A stretch of DNA of 64,000 bases, taken from the NCBI RefSeq assembly GCF_009914755.1, contig NC_060934.1. One strand, given 5' to 3'. The number at the start of each line of letters is the position of its first letter. The stretch's first letter is position 1. The translations under genes were made by a program, and so were the position numbers. The notes under the pieces were generated by a model. The model was not told the origin of the DNA and searched no databases. It was given only the letters and a program-made list of their open reading frames with translations. This document shows, piece after piece, positions 50,911 to 64,000 of the stretch. The stretch comes from the human T2T-CHM13v2.0 reference genome, Homo sapiens.

Positions 50911-53900
50911 AATTTTGTCCTAGGGAACTAGAGATTAGAAAAATTTTTACTGGTGTCCATTTTGGGTTACCTGTATTGAAAGAGCTTTTGAAACTCAGCT
51001 ATATTGAATATTTATTTATAAAAGAAAATAGCAGTTCAATTTTTGTTAACGATTCCTAAGTAACGGGTCAGCTCCATCTACTTGTTCAACAATGTTGCAG
51101 TTAGGACTTAGGTGAAATGTTTGGTATTTACCACCAATTGCTCACAGCCTATATATGGTTTCAAAGGCAACAGCTGCTGCCCTCATTACTTCCATCTCTT
51201 ACTATGTTGGTGTTGTGTGCATTTAACTGTTATTATAACTTAACAATGTCCTTAGATAAGCATTAAGACACAAATGCAATATTCTTTTCAACTTGGTATA
51301 GCATGCTTCAGGAGACGCAGTTCGTTCTTCATTTGAAAGAGAATGATGAACTCTTGTTCTAACACATTTTAACATGCATGCATTGTGTCCTGTAGCTGGC
51401 AGAAAGTTTATGGAAACATTTCCATTGAAGACTGATGAGATAATTAGCTACATTGCTTGTAAACTACTAATTGCTAAAAAAACGTTCAACATGGTATTCC
51501 ATAATGTTCTCTTGAAAAATCTTCAGCAGACTTTTCTTTTAGTGCATTTGATATTTTCAGCAAACTCCTCAGTGTCAACCATTATGAGGTGTGCGGATGA
51601 TTGGGAAGTACTTAATATGTGTGCATAGCCATTCCAATTTGAGTTACTTGATATGCTGGACATATAGACAAGCTGATTTAAGAAATAACAGTAATTCCAG
51701 TTTTTAAAGTATGAGAAATTCTGTAAGCTGTGTACCATTTACTTTGAAGTATAATTCAAAGGTGGGAGCAAAGATTTAATGCATGTTAACAGGTTGATTT
51801 GTAAGTAATGAGTCCTAGAAACTAAAATGTGGCCTGAAATCTCAGCTGGTAAAGAGTCTGAAATCAGAGGTGTGATTCTTATATTAGCCATGGCTCTGCT
51901 CTCCTTCACAGCTATAGCGATGGCACCACAGCGTAGCCATTTCATAAATGTGTGCAAAGGTAACAGAGTGACCTAAAGTTTATGTTCACAGAAGATGGGT
52001 CTGAAAATTATTGTTGTGTTGCACATTCTAGCATTAAAGAGTGCATTAAGCTATTGCAGTTGCTCAGGGGGAGGAATAAAAATCTTAAGAATTTCTGTCC
52101 TTGACTGTTTCTTCTCATCCCTTTCTTAAGTTTCAAAAGAAGTGGTGTTCCTTTTTGCTCTTTAAAACTAATCTTTCCAATCATTATCTGGATCTTAGCT
52201 CATCCCTTCTCTTCTCTTCTCGAGAGACTTTTATTCTACAATTACCTTTTTTTCTGTAGCATGTTCATTTACCTTCCTTTTCATTAGTTCTTTCTTCACA
52301 CATATTAGCTTGCCCCTGCTTTACAACTGGCAAATATTCAATAACAATTCCACTTTCTTTTAGTCTACTCTTTTCTTAAACTCCTAATCCTGTTTTACCT
52401 GACCTGTTCTGCTTGGTGTATTTGTTGTTTAATCCAATTACTTTTGAACAATTTTAATTCTCTTCAACTCCTGTGCTGCATTCGACATTTATTTACTCAT
52501 CCTGAAACTTTCCGCCTTTCTTTTAGAATATTATATATGAAATTCTTCTATTACTTCCCCACATCGTCTTTCTCTTTCCTCATTGACTTCTTCCTCTTGT
52601 CTCTTTTTTTAGTGTTAGTCTTGGTCCTCTCTGTCACTTCTTGTTTCCTTTCCTGGGAGAGCTTCTTCATTCTCATGATTTGAATTACAGTTGCTATATT
52701 GACAACTTTTAGTTCTCATGTAAAGTTCCACTGCCAAATTCTGAGTGCTTCTCAATAATTTTTCTACATTAATACATAGATAATCATACTCATCTCACTC
52801 CCACAAATAATGGCCACTCTTGGGAATGTTTGATGTTCAACATACTAGTTGAAACTGTTCATTTCTTCCCCAGTGAGTAGTGACACATACTGTGGACAAC
52901 ATTACTGCTGTAACCTTTTACTAGGTGGTTCCACCTGGCTGTTTTGGTATTACATACTCACCATGTATAAACTGAACTCAGCATCTTCTTCACAAGGTCT
53001 TTACAAACTTTGCTATCTCTAGTGTCATCTGACTTGAACTCTCAGCATATTTGACATAGTTGATTATTTTCTCTTTTTGAAATACTGTTTCCTTGACTAA
53101 TGGAGCACTGCCAGTCCTGGTTTCTTTTTCACATCTTTGGTAATTTCTTTTCAATCTCCTTTTTGGTTCATCATTTTCATACTGGCCATCCAGTGCTGGA
53201 ACTCCTCAAAGCTGGTTCATTATGTGGGATAGATGGAAAGTGAAGTTGGAAATAAACTTGGAATGATAAATTTGGAATAAACCTTGGAGATCCTTCAATG
53301 GCAAGATAAGGATGCTGGGGCATCCTTACAAAATTTTTTAGTCAAACAGTAACAGGACTAAGTCTATGTTTTAGGAAGATTTATCTGGCATTAATATGTG
53401 GAAGATAGGTTACATCTCCACAGTGCCTCTCTAATATTAATGATGATAATAATAACTACAATAATACTGATTTGTATTTATGTGTCTTGATGAGATAATG
53501 CACATAAGGCAAATAAGGAGACTCAAATCTAGAAAGAAAAAATGATTTGCCTAGAGCTACCTGGTTAGTTATTCACAGAGTTGGGATTGCCTTTCAAGTT
53601 TATACTAAAGAAATATTTGTTGACTGTTTGATAATTGTGTATCTCCATTTCCCTTTATTTTTTCTGTCATTTAATATATGTTACTCTGGTCACTCTAAGT
53701 ATCTTTGAAATTGCTTGAGAATAATTCTCTAGTACAGCCTCAAACTGTGATCCTTGGAAAACAAGTGTTTCTAGAAATGTTAAGAACTCTTCTGTAAGAA
53801 AAACATTAAGTAAATTCATAAAACTCAATTAAAAATTCTAAGCATGGGTTCATTACTAGATAACTTCTCAGTCAACATTCTTAAAATGCTGAATTGTATT

Positions 53901-54089
53901 GCAAATCTCTGCGAGTAGATTATAATAGACTATAGTTTATACAGGCTGGGTGCCCAAGTAGCAGAACCTAAGATGGAGGTTCTTGTGCAACTGATTTACT
54001 GGAGTCCCGTCAAGTGAAATCTACGAGGGGGTGAGGGAAGCAGGAGAGGGCAGAGAAGAAGCTGAGAGAAGTTGAACTAAAGCTTGGAC

Positions 54090-54630
54090 TGTACGGGATG
54101 GCAAACATTGACTGCATGTGGCCGCTGAGCACTTGAAATGTGCAGAGTGTGACTGAGGATCTGAATTTCTAATTTTATCTAATTGTAACTTAAATTTTAA
54201 AAACCAATACTTCATTCAGCTATTGAAAAACTTTAAATTATGAGTATGTGAATCATCTTTTTCAACTATAAGTTTTTATGACATCTAAATACAGATCAAG
54301 TATTTCTGATGAAAATTTAGTATCTGAATTCAGATGTTTTATAAGGGTAAAATACATAATGGATTTCAAATACTTTGTATGGGAAAATGTAAACTGTCAA
54401 TAATCTTTTTATATTGATTGCATGTTGAAATGATATATTTTAGATATGTTGGATTAATCAAAATACAGTTTTAAAACCAATTTTACCTTTTTTTACATTT
54501 TAAATATTTGATTTTTTTCTATTTACTTAAATTTTTTTTGTAAATGCTAATAATTTTTAAAATATGACTACCAAAATATTTAAAATCACATATGAGGCTC
54601 ACATTAGCTTTTCTACTGGAAAGTGCTGAG
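54090..54630. mobile_element. hAT Charlie1/MER33-related element inserted in an old ERVL-type LTR (~53940-54790)
   Basis: catgtggccgctgagcacttgaaatgtg...tattgattgcatgttgaaatgata...ggctcacattagcttttctactggaaagtgctg. Confidence 0.65.
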
Positions 54631-55130
54631 CTAAAGTATAGCTCTAACTGATCCCATAGGAGGTCTGGAGAGTGAATCGCACCAGAATGATCTCCCCTTA
54701 AGGCAACAGGTCAGTCTTTTGTGTCCCAGGGTCAGCCAGTCATTGGTTGATCCTTTATCCCCTCGAAGCATAACTTCCAGGCCTAATGCAGTTTGGAATT
54801 TTCGAGAGATTCTTTCATAAACTTTACCACCAGCCTGTTGTGTGCTATATTGGATTTGATGAGACCACCATACAATCAGTAAGTCTCAAAGGATGGAAAT
54901 CACCAAACTCCATTGATTTTCTATGTAATATTTTATTTCCTAAGATGTCTGCCTTTCTCAGGCAGTTAAGCATGAAACTCACTACACAGAAATAGCAACA
55001 TTTAGCATATCTGTTCTGATGCTTGTTTCTGAGTTACCTAAGTGCTAAACAACTATCAATAATTTTGATTTCTCTTGAGAAAGACTTCTAGATTAGGTGC
55101 CCCAAGGAGAATTTTATGATCGAAAGCTAT

Positions 55131-55442
55131 GTTGGGCCCCAGTAGCTCATGCCTGTAATGCCAGTACTTTGGGAGGCCAAGGTAGATGAATCACTTGAGT
55201 CCAGGAGTTCAAGACCAGCTTGGGCAACATGGCAAAACCTTGTTTCTACAAAAAGTATAAAAAGTTAGCTTGGCATGGTGGTGCACACCTACAGTCCCAG
55301 CTACTCAGGAGGCTGAGGTGGGAGGATCACTTGAGCCTGAGAGGTTGAGGCTGCAGTGAGCCGTGATTGTACCACTGTGCTCCAGTCTGGGTGACAGAGT
55401 GAGACCCTGTGTCAAAAATAAAAGTAAAAAAATAAATAGAAT
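55131..55442 (+). mobile_element. AluJ
   Basis: AluJ diagnostics (ggaggatcacttgagcc, gaggctgcagtgagc, agaccctg). TSD AAAGCTATG. Confidence 0.88.
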
Positions 55443-56004
55443 AAAAGCTATGCTGCTCTCCTACGCCTTTTAGATCGATGTGATTATCATGACATCATTA
55501 CGAATTGGTGTATAGACAATGATGGGATTAGGATACAGTCAATTCATTGGCATTCAAAGAAATGGGAAAAGCCCAGTGTCCCTACGACCAACCCCCAAAA
55601 AAAATTTCCTCAAAACCAGAGATAAAATTTGCTTCCTCTTTCAGTTTGCAAGCATGCAGCCTGGACAGAAAAGGAAGCAAGTGCAAAACTTGCTTGGAGA
55701 AGGGTGACTGATAAGTCTTGAGGTACATGGAAGAGACAACATTCCATAGCTTATGTTTTCTTTTTTCACCCCCTTGAAATCAGACTATGAGACAGAGAAC
55801 AGGTGCCATCTCCCTATCTTATGTGAACTGACAGGATTGAACACATATTCCCGGGAATATCTCAGCACTCCTAAAAAATAATTTCAGAAACATTTGTAAA
55901 AGCTGAAAAGAAGAATAAAACACTGGCATATGAGATGAAGACAGAAGGTTAGATAGACTACAGAAAATCAAGTATTATATTAGATAAGAAAGTTGAAAGT
56001 CAAG

Positions 56005-56098
56005 TCCTTCCCTTTCCTTCCCTTCCCTTCCTCTCTCCCTCCCTCCCTTCCTCCCTCCTTCCCTCTCTCCTTCCCTCCCTCTATCCTTCCCTTCCCTC
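56005..56098. repeat. Polypyrimidine (CCCTT/CCTT)n low-complexity tract
   Basis: Direct reading; about 90 bp of almost pure C/T. Confidence 0.9.
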
Positions 56099-56800
56099 AA
56101 CACTTAATACATTATCACAATTAAAAATATATTGTACTATGTATCAAATGCTGATAATCTCATTAAAAATAAGTTCTGATTACTGACTTCAAGGAACTTC
56201 AGTATAACTTAGTTTTAGGAAAGTAAATGAGAATAATTATAGCAGATGAAAATGTTCAAGATGTTATAGTACCTTTAAATATAAAAGTGTTAAGAGAGTA
56301 CATGTGGAATGGTAAGAATGAAGAAGGCTAATTGATAATTTTCCAGGAGTTGAAGTTCAGTTCAGATCTATAAAAATTTTAGATCAAAATATGCATATCA
56401 TAAAACATTAAACAGAGCAGAAGAGCTTATGATGAAAAGCAATAATCTTTTGCCCTGCTCCTTGCTACTTTCAATCCAACACCCTAGGAAAAACCTCCTT
56501 TGCTTCCAGTCCCACAATCTGGAGGAAGCAGGTTTGATTTTAGATCTTCTGGTGCTTACTTCATAACTTTAAGTCGTATGCTTATATCTCTTTTCTTTGA
56601 TTGATTTATTTAAGGAATTATCTATTTACTCCCTACAATGAAATATGAAAGTTTTGTTCCCCTACCTCTGTGTCCTTACCCTTTCTTCCTTCCAATGTTT
56701 GATAATTTGAATTATTTTTTGTTTTATTATTATCCCTCTGTTTTGTATTCTATCATTTTTAATTAGTGTCCTGACCACTCTTTGTGTATAGTAAGACTAA

Positions 56801-57283
<483 letters not shown>

Positions 57284-58851
57284 TGAAAATCACAGTGCAC
57301 CATTAATGTTACTGTGACTCTATACATTTTATTTAGTACAGGGTGATGTAGGATACTGAAATCATATCTTCTTCTCCAAGGACCCAATGTCACAACCCCT
57401 GGGCCACTCAGAGGGGAATGATTTATGATGAAGGTCAAATAGATTCTCTTTTCTATTGCTTAAAGTTGTGCTACACTGATCTAGTTTATGTTTGGGTTAT
57501 GCGTTTCCTATATATATTTTTTGTTTTCTCTGGAGGTTCTGAATCTTGATCATAGCCTAAATTTGGTCTCTCTTTCAATCATAATAACTATTTTGTGAAG
57601 TCTTCTTCTTTTTTTCCCCCATAGAGATATTTCTTCTGAAACCGTATGTCGTCCTTTCAATTGTGTGTTTTGAGACATCTCTGGATTAGGCACACCATTT
57701 TATTTATCCTATGTCTTTCTGTTTCTGGCATTTTCCCTCTTTCTTGCCATAAAACAGCTTTTCTCTGGGGCCATACTCCCCAGATAATTTCCTCAAATTA
57801 TGTTGTGAAAAAAAGCCCTCATTTTATGACTTGGGGTTAAGCGTTGAGCTGTTGGCAAACAGTAATAGAGAAAGTGACAGGGAGCACAGCATTTCACATA
57901 TAGGAATTCAAGTGATCACCTCAGTTTTCAGACCCACTGCTCATTTCTGCCTTGTATCATACTTGCCTACTCCAAGCCAGAGATTCTTTGGATTCTAGTG
58001 GGCAGAGTGACTCTGACATCCTCTGCAGACTCCTCATATCATATTCTAAACTGTAGCTTTCTCTTCTTGTTTTCATCTGTCAACACCCTTCTGTTAGCTT
58101 TCCTTCTTCAGAAGGCTCTCAGCTACTGTTGGCTCCCCTTAACAATCTTGTTATGGTTGTATTCCTTTGCTGTAGTTTCTCTATTTCTGTCTCTGTGAAG
58201 TCTGGAGAAAGACTTGATTAAAAGAGCTCGGGGTGCCATTTTGAAAAGGACTGATACACCCAGTGGACCTCCTAGTCAAGGGAATGGTCTGAGCAAAGAT
58301 AGATTAGTAGAGTTAAAAGGATTATGGTAAATAGTTCACCTGAAACAGAGAATGAATCAAGTGAAAGTAAACACTTTAGGACTTGCTGATTCAAAGTTGA
58401 ACCCACCCTTAGACAGAAAAGATTGCATTGATATGTGAGGAATCAGGGAGCAACCTTAAGTTCTTAAGCAGCCAAGTGTTATTATACATAGACTTTAGCA
58501 GGCTGGGCTTAGTTATTTAAAAGCATGAAGCTTCTGAAGGCCATTTCCTGGGCAGGTTTCTGTAAAAAGTAAACAGTTGTTTACTTTTACATTTCAGGTT
58601 TAATTTTAAGCCTTGACCTTGAGAGTCATTTGACCTAAGTAAATAGATGAATTATCTGAAGTATCTGGGAATTTATTTAACTACTTTAAATGGCCACATA
58701 CAAATATAATGAGAGGAGGCATTATTGTATAGTTGTTAATAGTTTTCCTTACCCCCTCTACTATAATTGTTGTATAAAATCTAAAGTTTTTAGTTCCATG
58801 AGTGGTACACGGTAAGCTTTCAAAAATTAGTAATTATAAGAGTGTTCTCTT

Positions 58852-58867
58852 GCATTCAGATAGTTTC
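58852..58867 (-). other. Inverted partner copy of the TSD at 40802-40817
   Basis: GCATTCAGATAGTTTC is the reverse complement of GAAACTATCTGAATGC and abuts an L1 poly(A) tail. Confidence 0.9.
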
Positions 58868-61372
<2,505 letters not shown>

Positions 61373-61394
61373 TATATGCATATATATACAGTTG

Positions 61395-64000
<2,606 letters not shown>

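Noticed and set aside
51300-52080. Repeat-poor stretch in the inverted spacer as a possible enhancer or hidden exon
   Set aside because: No recognisable peptide or convincing splice-site pair; conservation cannot be judged without alignments.

Overview
Human or great-ape genomic DNA inside the very large CTNNA3 (alpha-T-catenin) gene, transcribed on the minus strand. The window holds two coding exons (167 bp at 21822-21988 and 120 bp at 4161-4280, with canonical AG/GT ends). The rest is repeat-rich intron: Alus, a full-length THE1 MaLR, HSMAR2, an LTR1-type solo LTR, hAT MITEs, L2/MIR/CR1 relics and a dense L1 cluster at 34.7-64 kb. No new protein-coding system is supported. The notable signal is structural. 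(1) The 16-bp target-site duplication (TSD) of the full-length L1 at 40818 is missing from its present 3' end and instead lies reverse-complemented 18 kb away (58852-58867), behind another L1 poly(A) tail, indicating an L1-mediated inversion of the ~9.3-kb segment at 49.5-58.85 kb. (2) That segment is flanked by multi-kb inverted duplicated arms of a composite L1PA/(TA)n/old-L1/(TA)n/L1PA unit, with a ~99.6%-identical core and mosaic edges. (3) Three neighbouring L1 copies share inactivating variants (RT FADD>FADN, a TGG>TGA stop), pointing to ectopic gene conversion. (4) Several fold-back or templated-insertion scars occur, including a 145-bp inverted copy of the nearby LTR pasted into an L1 through a perfect hairpin junction. 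Repeat subfamily names come from recognition only, and mismatch counts were made by eye.
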